Below are positions 1 to 13,865 of a stretch of DNA of 64,000 nucleotides, piece by piece. This DNA is from the human T2T-CHM13v2.0 reference genome, Homo sapiens, in assembly GCF_009914755.1 (NCBI RefSeq), contig NC_060932.1; one strand, given 5' to 3'. The notes below the pieces were generated by a model that saw only the letters and a program-made list of their open reading frames with translations, did not search any database and was not told where the DNA came from. Positions within the stretch are counted from its first letter, which is position 1. Each line of letters opens with the position of its first letter. A program made the translations under genes and the position numbers.

Positions 1-146
<146 letters not shown>

Positions 147-1538
147 CTAAAAATGTTGATCAAGATTGCAGGGGAGGCTCCTAAATAACATAAATATTAA
201 TATGTTGACAACCCCTGAGTCTTGTCTTCCCATAACTCCAATATCCAGATTCTACATTATACCTACATGTTCAGTGCAACTGATCACAAATTGAGAGGGG
301 CTCTAAGTACATTAAAAGGAATATATTGCATTCATTAACACTCCCCAATTTTAGACTTTTTGTGAATTCAAATTTACTTTAAAATGGCAGTGATTCTGAA
401 TTACAGAGATTTCTAGTCAACCAAAGAAAAATTTTCAAAACACAGTCACATGGGGCAAAATAAAGGAGAGGGGTTCCAAACCCAGGTCTCCTGGGACCCC
501 TCAACTCTTCTTGATTTGCAGAGTATCAATGAGAGTTTCCATTCTGAAAATACACAGCTACCCTCTAACTGACACTCCATTGAATATCTCTGCAGATGAT
601 GCTGAGATTTAGGCTTTTAAGAGCAGCTTGGGAACCTTTTTGTTACAAACAGAGTTTTGATGATAGCTCTTAAGACTGAGGAAATATGGCATCATGCTCA
701 AGTGCCTTAATAGCTGAAGGAGCAACAGAATCAAGCACACCTGAGATGACCCTCACTGTTGGTGCTTCAGAGGAGCAGTTGTGGGCGGCAGGCACAGTTA
801 GAAAAACAAAAGAGAGCTTCAGGAAGAAGCTTTGGCTGCCTTGGCAGTAAGGCCAGTTCCTGGGGATTTGAAGGAGTTGTGCACCTCAGCATCCCAGGAG
901 AAGGGAAATAAATCAGCGAGATCTCATGGTGTTGTGTACTTCATAACCACATCTCCTGCACCTCTCCCTGAGATACTGCAGGAGGGATTCAAAGCTTCAG
1001 AACCCTCTCTCCTGGCCATGTGACAAATCAGGGTAGTAGCAGTGTTGGGGAAATCTGGGTTCTATGTTCATTTTTTCCAGGTGGCTCTTTAAACCCACTC
1101 ATCACTGTGTGATTTCTGGGAAACATACAAAGGAGGAAAAAGGGAGGATGCTATAGAAAGAAGGAGGCATGCAAAGAGAACAGAAACCAGAAGTTATGAT
1201 GGGATAGAACTGGAATGAGCGTTGCGTGCCAAGTCGGATGCCTGGTTCCTGGTTTGGCTGGTCATCACTGTCTGCGTGGTCTCCCAAGTCCTCCAGCATC
1301 ACGTCAGAGCCTGCCAGTCGCATCTGATGTTGCTCACCCCTTGCTCTCTGTACCCTAGTATCTCCTTTCCTTCTCAGTTCCTCAAAACCCCTTCACTCCT
1401 GTGAACCAATTCACTGTACATGCACTAACTTCTCAGGGGACAGACTCCCCAGACCCCTTGGTGGTCAGTCCATATCTTTTCTCTGACTAACACCTACTCA
1501 AGGAGTAGACAGTGTACCTAGCGAGTAATTGAGGAGTG

Positions 1539-1838
<300 letters not shown>

Positions 1839-1839
1839 T

Positions 1840-2240
1840 TTGAAGGGACTTTATTAAAGAAAGTATGGGCAGATTTAGCGGAACCGAAAAGGTGTGGTGA
1901 GCCGCAGGAACTGGCCCAGTGGGAAGTCTTCATTTCACATAAGCCTATAGGGGCAACCAGAGGAGCAGGCAGTGGTTCTCTTGGAGCTTTGGCTGTGGGA
2001 AGGAGCTGCCTGAGAGGCAGCAGCTGCTGCCTAAAGCAACCTCTGGACCCTGGGAGGTTGCAGGACAGACAGCCACTATAGAACCAGAACCTCCCTGAGC
2101 AGAGCAGCTGTCAGAAACACTGGAAGAAGTGGCTCTGAATATTTGCAAGGGTGGGTAATTGGCAAATCTTGTGCAAGTGTAGATAACTGACTATCGTTTA
2201 TACCCAGTCCCTAACTGCAATGGATTCTGGGAAGTAAAGT
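1840..2240. mobile_element. Old ERVL/MaLR LTR remnant(s) (LTR33-like)
   Basis: AAGGGACTTTATTAAAGAAAGTATGGGCAG resembles recalled LTR33-type consensus; heavily diverged. Confidence 0.35.
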
Positions 2241-2336
2241 TGTATGTAAGCTTTCCAACCACTCTAAAAGGAGAATTCAGAGGATGAAAAAACCATTCTA
2301 AGTATCTACTCTAACTCTAGGGCTTTACTAATAAGT

Positions 2337-2650
2337 TCTGCCTGCCTGAACTCCACTTTGCAGATATTGCAAAGTTCTCACCCTCACTTCCTCTCAGTCT
2401 TTGCTCAAATGCTGCCTTTCCAGGGTGGCTCTCTTTCCTGTCCCTATGAAGTGGTGTGCCCACTTACTCTCTATTCTCTCTTCACTGGTTCTGAAATGAA
2501 AGCCACTATTTATTCATTTATTTCTTTCTCCCCCGACCAGGATGTAAGCCCATCTGAGCAAGCGTTTTTTGTTGTTGTTGTCGGTTATCTCAATCACCCT
2601 GTCTTCAATGTCTGTGTCTCAGTAAATATTTTTTGAAAGAATGTTGAATC
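2337..2650 (+). mobile_element. L2 3' fragment
   Basis: TCAGTCTTTGCTCAAATGCTGCCTT...CTCAGTAAATATTTTTTGAAAGAATG matches the L2 3' end. Confidence 0.65.
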
Positions 2651-3689
2651 AATAAACCTGGAGAAGAGAAGGCTCAGGCCAGACTTTGAAGGGCTATTAT
2701 AAGATGCACTGGAGAGTTAGATGTATTCTTTTCACAGAGGTGATGTTGCAAAGGAATTGAGGTAGAGGAGGAAGGTGATACTCTCTGTAATTATGAAGGT
2801 GGTCACTCTGGCAGCAGCTGAGAAGGCAGCCTGGGGAGGGGAGCAGTGGGAGGCAGCTGTTCATGAAGGGAGTGGGTCAGCCAGTCATTTGAGCAGGACC
2901 TGCTGGATGCAGATCCCTCTGCCAGGCCCCAAGGAGTGTGTAAGTGGCCTGGGGGAGGGTGCTGAGCTCTGACAGCATAAAAGGCACAATCTCAGTCCCC
3001 TGAGGAGCCAGCAGGTCTATTCAGAGAAATTAGAGTCAATTACCTGCATAAAATGTGTAGAGCACATGAAGAAGTACAAATTAACACAGCAGGAGTACAC
3101 AGGGTCCCATGAGCACCCTCTAGAAAGGAAGAGCTGTCTTTGGCCATGCTTGACCTAGCAGACTTCCTGGGAGCCACGAGGACGCGTGGTGCACCAGCAG
3201 AAAATTCTGGATAGCAGCACATGCAATTATCTGCCTGGGAGCTTGTGGCCAGTTGACAAGACACTGTCTAGACACTGCCTGGCATGTGGGAGGAGCTCAT
3301 ATTCTCTCTCTTTCAAACTTGTTGAATCAGCAACTGAAAAATGCAAACCCTATGTAATTTTCTGAGTGCTCTTGCCCCCTCTGTTTGGCACACAACTCTG
3401 TGACTGTGTTTTCCTGCTTGAAAGGCTCTTTCCTTGGCGTTAGTTTTCCTCTCTGGGTCCTCTTCCTTCTTGAATAAGGATGATATCCTTTGTCTTAATT
3501 TTTTCTCCTTATCTCACTGCTGCTCACAAAGGCATAGTTCCCTCTGATAGCTGCTTCTGGGAACAAGACCCCTCCAAATCAATGACTTGTTTTGTGAACT
3601 TGAATTAACCTTGCCAACAGCTCCTTAGGATGTTCCACTGTGAGGAATGATCTAAAACTAAATTCTCTTTCCCCCATGATAAGTTTACA

Positions 3690-4050
3690 TGCCCATTTCT
3701 TTAGGCTATGGTGCCCAGTTGTTTGGCCAAACACCAGTCTAGATGTTTCTGTGAAGATATTTTTTTAGATGTGATTAACATTTACAGCAGAGGACTTTGA
3801 GTAAAGCAGTTTACCCTTCATAATGGGGGGGTGGGTCTCATCTTACCAGCTGTCGGTGTTAAAAAAACTGTGAGGCGCTCTGAGATGGGAGGAATTCCGC
3901 CTCTGATGGTCTTTGGACTTAAGACTGCAACATTGACCCTTCCTGCTTGTAGATTTCAGACTTGCCAGCCTCTATAATCTTGCGAGCCAATTTCTTAAAC
4001 ATCTCTCTTACATATATACATCCCCTTAGCTCTGTTTCTCTGGAGAATGG
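3690..4050 (+). mobile_element. MLT2-type (ERVL) LTR
   Basis: CCAAACACCAGTCTAGATGTTTCTGTGAAGATATTTTTTAGATGTGATTAACATTT...TCTGTTTCTCTGGAGAA. Confidence 0.8.
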
Positions 4051-4119
4051 AATGCTAATAAACTGGCTCCCATTGTTCCTGCCTGGACTCATTGTCTCTG
4101 ATGGGGCAGGACCATCTGC

Positions 4120-4845
4120 CCAGTGACTTAACTCACCCTTTCTCCTCCTGCTCACCCCTGACATCCAGTCATCACCAGATCATGTCAGTTTTACCTTCTA
4201 AACTTATTTTAAATCCTATCCTTTTTTTCCTGTTTTCATCACTATGTCCCTATAAAAGTTACTATCTTCTCTAATAAGACCTACTACTCTACCCCACTGC
4301 TGAGTCTCCCTGCAATCTCTCTTGCCTCCTCCAATCTGCACAGTGGTGGTCTTTCTAAATAATAAACCTGATCTTATGGAACAATTCAATGGCTCCCTTT
4401 GATCTCTATGATAAACTAGAAATTCATTAATGCTGATTAAAAGGTCCTAGAAGATCTAGCTCTTGCTACATTTCTTATCCCATCACCAGCTCTATCCAAT
4501 CCCCACCACCTTACTCTGCTTCTTGAAGAAGCCATGACTTATTATGCCTCAGGGCCTTTGCACGTGCTATCCCCTTAGCCTGGAAGACAACCTGCGCACA
4601 TTTTCCCTCTGGCTAATTCCTCCTCATCTTTCAGATGTCATTTCCTCCAGGAAGTATTTTCTGACCCCTCCAATCTAGGTCAGATTCGGCTTCCATATGG
4701 CTCCATCACACTTACCACATATTATTATTACCTATTTGATTTTCTACCTCCCTGCAGACTGCGATTGCATCTTGCTCACCACATATTGCATCCCTGGTGC
4801 CTAGTGTTTAATAGATGCTCATTACATTTATATCAAATGAATAAT
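4120..4845 (+). mobile_element. L2 3' region
   Basis: GCCTCAGGGCCTTTGCACGTGCTATCCCCTTAGCCTGGAA and CTTTCTAAA...CAATGGCTCCC motifs typical of L2. Confidence 0.75.
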
Positions 4846-5339
4846 ATCTAAATAAATTCCAATCTGTTTTTTACTGCCCCTGTCTACAAAAATGTTATTA
4901 AAAACGGAGTCTATTCAGTGTCTTACTAACTTCTAAATAAGTTAATATATAAGAGAGTCTAATCTCTCTGCCTTTAGTGACCTCTCACAGTGCTGCTGGT
5001 TCTGATACAGTTTCTTTGTTCAGGGCCTTCAATACTTTGCCATGTCTGGTGTCATTCTAGGTCTTCCTGCTTGCGCATTTCAGGTGTGCCATGTCTGGTG
5101 TTATCCTAGCCATGAGATGACTGTCCATTCCTAGGGCCCTATATCGTAGCCCAGTGAATCTCTCCTAGCCGTTGGCTATCTTGGCATTTCTCCTCTGTGG
5201 TGGTTTCCTCGTGTTGTCTCTTCTTGGAAAAAAAGCCTTTCCAGACTCTGAACTGCCTTTGTCCTTCCTTGGATTGTAGTTAATTATCCTCTTTTCTAAA
5301 CACCACATGATTTACATAAGGGAAAGAGTTAGCAGATAC

Positions 5340-5945
5340 AAGACCTTAGATAAGCTAGCTCATTTTTAGAGGGTCAGTATCCTCACCTGTAAAATGGGAC
5401 TCATAATATCTACAGCATTGTAATAACAGCTTTCACTCATCCAGTTACAGCATGTGCTGAGTAACCTTCTAAGCATGCTGCACATGTTAACTTACTGAAC
5501 CATTGCAACAAAACCCTCTTTAGTGCCGGAACTGAGGCAGAGAGAAGTGAAGCAACTTTCCCAACATCACAGAACTGGAAGTTGCAGAACGGGGATTCAA
5601 CCCCGGCAACCTGCTTCCAGGTTTGAACTCTCACAGCATAGCTACACTGCCTATTAGTAAAAGTGAGATAATGAATAAAGGTGCTTAGTCCAAAATGCTG
5701 CTCTAGCAGGCAGAGTGGGTGCCTTGGGGTCAGGTGGATTTGAGTGTGATTCTGCCATTTAGGAGCCGACTGACCTTGAACTGGTTATTTATCTAATAGA
5801 TACCTCATCTGAAAAATTGGCATATTACTAGTATTTCATAGAATTCATTCTGCATGTTGTAAAACAACCCATAAACATGTTCTTAGAATAGTGCCTGGCA
5901 CATGGTAAGATCTTCATTGATGTGCATTTTATAATTATGTCTAAT
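5340..5945. mobile_element. Cluster of MIR fragments (+, -, +)
   Basis: CCTCACCTGTAAAATGGG; GAACTGAGGCAGAGAGAAGTGAAGCAACTTTCCCAA; TTAGAATAGTGCCTGGCACATGGTAAG. Confidence 0.7.
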
Positions 5946-6869
5946 AATAATCTTTATTATCACAGTCTGCTCTGTGCTATAATTGCTTGTGTGTTTAATT
6001 TTAATCCATCCTGTGAGGTCATAGTCTTTTTGTTCGTGGCATATGTTTTAGGTCCTTGCACACAGTAGATGCTCAATGTTTGTTAAATGAGTAAATAGAT
6101 GATCTTTTCATTGTGATTCATTTAAGAGGTTGTAGAAAGTTTGGTGAGCTGAAAAAAGATTTTGGTCCAATTCCATCTTAGGGGATGGAAAGGGTTCCCT
6201 AAGATGGAAGTGGTGACGTCAATGGACAATGCCAATTACCACTTTTTCTCCTGCTCTGTCTACTATTCCCACTGAAAGAGTTCATGGCTAGAGGGCTGGG
6301 ACTGTCTCTCTTTTCATCCTGTTGAGGCAAGGTGGGTAATACGCATCCCACAGCTGGGTCTGAAGGACTCAGATTCTTCCCTGATCTGAAGAAATTACAT
6401 TGACTTTTTCAGACACAAAAGAGGCTTTTGGTGTTGCCGTTGTTGTATGTAGCCAGGAATAGTGGGGGCTATAGAAACAGGAAGGGATTCTGGAGAGAAT
6501 TGGGGCTTTGGAGAAACTAACCTGGAGCCCTGATTCACCATCAACAGTGTGATTCTGGGAAAATCATGTAAATGCAGGTGGGGTGGGTCCATTTTCCTTA
6601 TTTGGCAAATGTGAGATCAAATGGGAGATCCTACAGGAGTGGACTGGGGAAGCATCTTAAGGACCTCCTTGGTTTAGCACGGCTGCCTTGGTGCTGAAGG
6701 TGGGTCTCCTGGGAATCTAAATCACTGTTGTCTCACTGACTGCCAAGGCAGAGACAAGCCCTGTAGGAAACCGAGCTCATATGAGGAGGCGAAGTGAAAG
6801 TATCAGGTGACGCTAATGCTTGAAGGAATCTTAAGGATCAGCTGGCCCAGCAATTCTCCAATTCTTGCT

Positions 6870-7225
6870 GCCTCCACAATTTCTGCCATATCTGCACACC
6901 ATCTGCAGTTATTGATGCAGTATTTTCCTTTAATACCAGTCGCCTTTTTACTTAAACATGTATAGAAAAAAACACTTTGTACTATTACTGTAAATGTAAA
7001 ACCAATATCACTTCCTATAAATAGAAGGCAAAAAAAGAAATAAAACGAAAACTCAGCGATGTCATTAAATTCCAGTGAGGTACTGCTGCTTGTCAAGGTT
7101 CTAAGCCTGAGGCCAGCCTTCTCCTCCTTGAAAAGGTAAATTAGTAGCCATTAAAGAGGTGTTAACTGAGAACTCAGAACCAAGCTGGGACTTGAAGGAT
7201 TGAATGATAATTGAAAAGGAGATCA
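6870..7225. mobile_element. hAT-Charlie DNA transposon fragment (MER113-like)
   Basis: TAAATTCCAGTGAGGTACTGCTGCTTGTCAAGGTTCTAAGCCTGAGGCC resembles recalled MER113 consensus. Confidence 0.5.
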
Positions 7226-8417
7226 ATTGCTCACTCAGGATTAAATGTAACTTACTACTATATTCATGCTCCCTCTAAAATGATCTCCACTGCTCTACAT
7301 TTTAGAGAAAAGGTGACTTTGGTCCAACCTTGTCATTTCACCAATGATGAAATTGAGATCCAAGTGGATCACGTCTCTGTTCACACCACCCAGGAGCTTT
7401 TCAGCCCAGACTTGTGACCATGATGTGTTGGTCACCTAAGGGTCACGTCGCAACCACCACTGCCGAGAGACATGTGGGGATTCCGTAAGTCAAAAACTAT
7501 TTTCAGCCACCTCAGGGCATTTGGATCTATTATTTCACTCAGTCTTCGAAGCGGCCCCATGAGATAAATAGGCCTTGTTTGATTCTGGCCATGGTATAGA
7601 TGTGGAAGTGAGATTACCTGATATTTCAGGCCCCTTGGCTGGCAGGTGGCACACCAGGCCCCAACACCACCCCCCTAGTTTACTTCCTTCCTGCTACATC
7701 ACCCAGCCTCTCAGAGAAGCTGGCATGACCTCACTTCATCTCCATCTGCTTTGTGATTGAAATTTATATAACCACACTGATTGTATTCTCCGTGAACAAG
7801 ATACTATAGGCCTTTACAAGGTTTGAGTTCTCAAGTTCACATCCTCATTATTCTATCCAAGGCATCTGGGAAAGGAAAATAAACTTTTCAAGTAAAACCT
7901 CATCTCTTCAACCTAACCTCAGGCATGAAGCAGGAAGATGGCATAAAAACAGCCAGGGAGTCAGCAGGTCTTGCTGCAAGCAGGCTGAGTGGCTGAGTGA
8001 TTGTGCCACCGGACCAGGGCTGGCGAATGATGTCAGCAGAGCAGGAGGGTCCAACCTGCATAGTTTGAGGGGATCACATCCACATGTGGCCACATCAGGA
8101 CTCCCCTTCTCCCCTCCACCCTGCCCAGTGCACAGTATTCCCATTACTATCTTTCAGTCTTTCAGTGACATTCACTTTTTATAAAACAAATTACATACAT
8201 GCTGGACTTTTTAGTATGTAGGTAAGTAACTGCAATCCGTCTTCGATGCTTTTCCGAAAACTACCAGATAAAGTTGAAACTAATTAGCCTGGCATCCAAG
8301 TCTTTTCATGACGTGGCTAAGTGATTGTTCTGGTCGGCATGGGCCAACCTTCCAAGCTCATTTCTCTGCCTCCTCAGGCCTTACTCAGCCTTCCGGAGCA
8401 TACTCTTGCTCTACTCC

Positions 8418-8797
8418 TGTATTAGCCAATTTTCATGCTGCCATAAAGAACTGCCTGAGATTGGGTGATTTATAAAGGAAAGAGGTTTAATTGACTCATG
8501 GTTCAGCATGGCGGGGGAGGCCTCAGGAAACTTAAAATCATGGCAGAAGGCCAAGGGGAAGCAAGGCAGCTTCTTCACAAGGCGGCAGGAAGGAGAAGTG
8601 CCAGTAGGCGAAGTGCCAGATGCTTATAAAACCATCGGATCTCATGAGAACTCACTGAATATCACAAGAACAGCATGGGAGGAACCCACCCGCATAATTC
8701 ATATACCTCCACCTGGTCTCTCCCTTGGCACAAGGGGATTATGGGGATTACAGTTCGAGGTGAGATTTGGGTGGGGACACAGAGCCAAACCATATAA
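8418..8797 (-). mobile_element. THE1D-like MaLR solo LTR
   Basis: TGTATTAG...GGAGGCCTCAGGAAACTT...GAGATTTGGGTGGGGACACAGAGCCAAACCATAT; 5-bp TSD ACTCC/ACTCT. Confidence 0.9.
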
Positions 8798-9664
8798 ACT
8801 CTCTTGAGCCCCAAGAGCCAGGTGAGCAAGGGATGGTGCTGTCTGTCAACTTATTTCCTATTTTGTGAAGAAATTAGTTGTGTTGTGTCTTTTTGCATCT
8901 CTTTATTTTGATCTGCTACTTATATAGTTGCATCTTAAGTGTTTAGTGGTAGGTATTCAGTTACCTGTATTTTGTTTTTTTGGTCACAGTGTGTTGTGTT
9001 CTGTGCATTCTGCTGCTGCCTGCTCTGTATTGCATATGAAGTAGATGTTCCACACACATGTGGCCAGGAGCTACCTTCCTAGCCAAAGTACAATTACCAA
9101 GTGTTAAGAGTTTTAGGAACTGTGCAAAGCAGTTTGGGAGTTGTGTTGATTGCACTCCCAGGTAGTGAAACAGAAAGTTGCAGCACCCATCACACTATGC
9201 TATTGCACCCTTTTTCTTTCTTCCTGACCTAAAGGAAACAACTGCTTTCTGCAGAGGCCTCAGGATGGGAGAAGGGATACAGTTTAGCAAACCCAGCCCC
9301 ATCTCCCCAGCCTTTGCAACCCCCCTTCTTACTTGCTGGAGTCCTTTGTGTTCCATCAGAGAAGAGGAAGATGAGAGCTTCAGTTCCCCCTCTCCTCTTT
9401 CATTCTCTCCCATGCTTCATTCTTCCTTCTTTGCTTTCTCCCATCTTCGGGGCTGTGGTTGGCTACCAAGTCTATTCCCTGTGGCCTTGTGGAAACTTGG
9501 GGAGTGAGGCAAATTCACTGCCTGGGCCATGAAATCAGGGAGCAAATTCCAAGTGAGTATTGGAGTGCCTCATGGGAAGAGGCACTGCTGCCTGGGCTGT
9601 AATTGTCATGGAGGCCGTTGTCATGGTGACTCCACTAGCAGGCAGAGAGAAAGGGTGCAAAAGA

Positions 9665-10020
9665 CTAGGGAATGAGAGAGAGAGGGAGGAGCAGAAAGGG
9701 GGGAAAGGAGGTGAAAGGGGAAGATGGCAGAAAGCAAAGGGAGGGAGGAAGAGAGGAAGGGAGAGAGAGGTGGAGGGGAGGGAGTTTCCGGGAGGATGTG
9801 GAAGTCTTTGATTGGGGGAGACAGCAGGAGCTAGGTGGGTAATTGTGGTTGTTGCAGGAGGGGATGAAATGTGAAAGGCCAGTGAACCAAGAGGTGAAAA
9901 GGTGGGAAGGAGGAGAGGGGATGAGTAGAGATGGGGAGAGTGGAGAAGCCTGAGGAAAAGATGAAAGAAGGGGCTTCGGAATAAGCAGGGGCTGGCGTGG
10001 GGAGGGGAAAGGAGGGGAGC
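9665..10020 (+). repeat. GA-rich low-complexity polypurine tract with a G4 motif at 9988-10017
   Basis: Runs of GGA/GAG/GAA; GGGG-N7-GGGG-N1-GGGG-N6-GGGG. Confidence 0.8.
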
Positions 10021-12115
10021 CAGCCAGGCTCTCAGAGTGATGCTTAATTATTGCCTGATGTTTCCCATCTCTATCTGCCCTTTGATCTCCTGTGTTACAC
10101 ATTAAATATGAACAATCAAACGGCTGCATCTCATGTTTAAAAACTTGATGAAGCGAGACTTCAAAGCGAGCAGTGGAGCAAAATGGGCGTCTTGCCTGGC
10201 TTTTTGTAGCGTGGCTTTGCTGGCCCAATTAGGTTAAAGGGAGCCCTGAAATTCCCTCTCGATTGGAGCAGGGCTCCTGTACTTGTTCCCACCACCGGCT
10301 GCCAGACTTAATGAGATTAATGACCCAGGCTGGTCAGCCACCAACTGACCCCTCTCCGGTCACTGCAGACCCACAGAGGGGCTGCCCAGAAGCTGGTACC
10401 TGGGACCAAGCCCTCATAGGCTCTGCTTCTGTATTCCCAGGGAGGCCTGGGGCTGGATGGGATCCATCCTCCATGTGGCTGGGAAGCAGTTGGCTGTATA
10501 GCCACTGTGACAGGTGCCCGGAGTAGCAGGAGGAGTCCTTGAGCCCTGATCTTAGCCTGCCTCTCCAGATTTCCATTCTAGGTGCCTGAGGTCCCAAAGG
10601 CAGCCATATCCACTCATCCAGGAAGTCAGAATTAGGGTCTTGTCTGCCAAGAGCAGAGATCTAGCTGCTCTCCCTGCACCTTAGTTTTCCCCTCTTTCAA
10701 TGCAGGGACCAGACTAGATACTACATTGTTCTCTCCAACACTTTTGGGCTTACCGGGCTTACTCCAGGCACCTTACAGGGTGCCTCTGCCGGGTGGTTTC
10801 CGGAACATCCTTGTGTCCCTGGAAGGAATGCTTTTTCCCATCCTAAACCACACCTCTTCAGCCTGCTCGGAGCCTTTTGCTACTCCAGGGCCGTTTCCCT
10901 TCCCTTTCCCCCAAATTCCTCCAGAACTCTCACATTGCCTGAACCATGCCTACCTGATGGAAGGAGAGACAACTGATAGCATATTCATACTGGGTTGGGG
11001 GAAGTTAAATGAGAGTATTTGTATTTTGAAAAAGCACATCTGGAGAGAAGGCAATGATTCACTCAGAGGAAGGTCTCTGAGGGCCCAGTTGTTGAATTTT
11101 ATGTGTAGGAGGAGGTGGAACTCCAGGTGGCCCTCAAATCTTGCCAAATAGGGGAATTCTTACCCTTTCTGTGATCTTTTCTTCTATGTGGGTGTTGGCG
11201 GCAGGGGGGTTACTCTGGGCATTATGGGCTGAGACTATGAAGTTTGGCTTATGCTTTTAGGCATACATATCTTCTCTCCCTCATCATCGCCCATTTTGTA
11301 GAAATGGGACTTGTGCTCAGCAGTAATTTATCTAGGCACAGTGGGGCTGGCAGGAGCAGGGAAGGTGAAGATGTGCGTCAGAGGAGCTCACAGCCAGGGC
11401 AGACTCAGCGCAAAGCTGCCGATGAGAACAGTTCCACCTTCTGGAGCATCCTGAGAACAAGGCTGGCCTCATTTTCTGCTTGGGTTCATCGTCCACACCC
11501 TTGAGGCTCTGGCCCCGAAGAGAGTTTCCCAGGCATCTTTTCTGGCGCCCTCCCTTCTGGAGCCATGTCTGAGTGGCAGAGTGAGCCACCGCGTGCCAGC
11601 CCCACTGATGGCTGCCGGCAATGACAGATGTTATTTTACAGAATGTGACCCCAGAGATGTGACATGTATAGTTCCTAAGTGCCAACTGGGAAAGCTGGGG
11701 AAGGAGGGAGCGAGGAATGAGGCTCTACCCTTGGCTGTTTTTCTCCAGCTGATGGGGTGCAGGGAATATGGAAGCGGAAAGTTGCTTTTTCTTTTCTTGG
11801 CATCTGGGAGATTTCAGTGCTCAGGCAGTCCTGTGTTGGCCTCTGAGCTCATGAACAGATTGATGAGATCTGACCAGGTCTAGTGGACCTGCAGATACTT
11901 GCTTCTCAGTGCAGGGAACTGGGAAAAAGTGATGATGTTTCCTTGTCTTCCTGGAGGCCTCTGACAAGTCAAGCAAAGCCAGAAAGAGAAGGGGTGAGTG
12001 CATCTGTCCTGGTCCAGACTCAGAAAACACGGGGTCTGGAAGCTCCACACTGTAAAGCTTCCTGGCATATAGGTTCCTTCACAGCACAGCACTTAAGAAC
12101 AGGCTGCCTGGGTCA

Positions 12116-12481
<366 letters not shown>

Positions 12482-12799
12482 TCAGTTTCCACATTTGTGA
12501 AAAGCAAGGCTAATGGTTGACCCCTGCCATACCCTTGTTGTGAGGATTACAGCACTACAATAATGCCTGGCACTTATTATTCAATGAGAGTTATCTTTTA
12601 TTTTTGCATCTATTATTTCATTTGGTTTTCACTTAATCTCTGACAGTGCTAGGGAACTTTAAGCTCTTTTTATAGAGAGAGGAGAAAGGTAAGACTTTGC
12701 TTAGCTCACACGTGGTGGAATTTTGTCCTTTTCCTTTCCCCATGATGCCAGGTACAGTAGGGAAGTGGAACCTTCAGTCTTGACACATGTGGTGCCATT

Positions 12800-13140
12800 G
12801 GTTTTAGACACCAATTATTTCTAGTTCTATCTCCTTCTGGACACATGTTAGGATTGCAATAAAAGTTATGGCCATGTGACTTGCTTTGACCAATAACATG
12901 TGAGCAGACATTGCATATGTCACACCTGAGTGAGAGTTCTAGGATCTGGAGTACACCTTGCCTGGTCCCCTTCCACTGCTGCAGTGACTATGTGAGCCCC
13001 TGCCAAGACCTGAGAAACTCGAATGAGAAGAGTGCCCCAGCAGCCCTCATTGGACACAGGTGAAGGAGAACATACCTTGGTTGGTTAATCACTGAGATAT
13101 GGGAGCCAATTTTTAATGTTGCACAGCCAAGCTTATCTTG
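12800..13140 (+). mobile_element. Old MLT1 (J/K-like) LTR
   Basis: GGCCATGTGACTTGCTTTGACCAATAACATGTGAGCAGA...TGTCAC motif. Confidence 0.6.
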
Positions 13141-13727
13141 CCTCATTTGTGAAAATTAAATGCATCTAGAACCCGGAGTCCTTCTCTTGTCAGAACCTGC
13201 TTCCCAGCTTTCAGAAAAGCCCAGTCCGATGGAAGGGTGTGAAGTAGTAAACCACCGTTCTCTGCCTTCTTCTTTCAATCTTGATCTACTTTATTCCCTA
13301 GTAGATGCCATTCAGCTCAGGAGGTAAAGGGTTCTGAACAGAAGAGGGATTTTGTTTCAGTTTGCTTTTGTTTTTCGTTGTATTCCCCTGATAAAGACAT
13401 TGGGATCCCTACCCACTCAGTTGTTCCCATCAACCTCCTGATATCTCAGAGGAAGTAGAGAGATGCAGGGATTATACAAGCACCTCCGGTAGGAGTGGGG
13501 TTTGAAACAGGCTTTGCTTGCCCTGGTCTTGGGCTGCCCCTTCTCAAGAACTTGATCTCTAAGTATAAGAGACTCAGCCTGGAGCTGACATTGAGAGACT
13601 CCTTCCCAGGGTCTCAGGGCCGGAAGGAGACTTAACTAAACACCACCCCATATTCTAGAGGAGGGGAGTGGGACTTTGAAAGGTAATGGATGGCCCTGAA
13701 GCCAGGCTGTCTGCAGTCCTTGAAAGG

Positions 13728-13865
13728 CAGGACCAGCTGCATAATTTGCATGGCCTAGTACAAAAGAAAAATGCTGGGGCACTTGTCCAAAAGTATTAAA
13801 CATTTCAAGATGGTGACTGCCAAACATTAAACCAAGTGAGGGCCCCTGCTAAGCAACTAGGCCCA
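13728..13865 (-). mobile_element. MER45A-like hAT-Tip100 element
   Basis: CAGGACCAGCTGCATAATTTGC...TTTCAAGATGGTGAC...CATTAAACCAAGTGAGGGCCCC. Confidence 0.7.

Noticed and set aside
9665-10228. 187-aa minus-strand ORF
   Set aside because: Pro/Ser/Leu-rich translation of the GA low-complexity tract; no ATG start and no domain.
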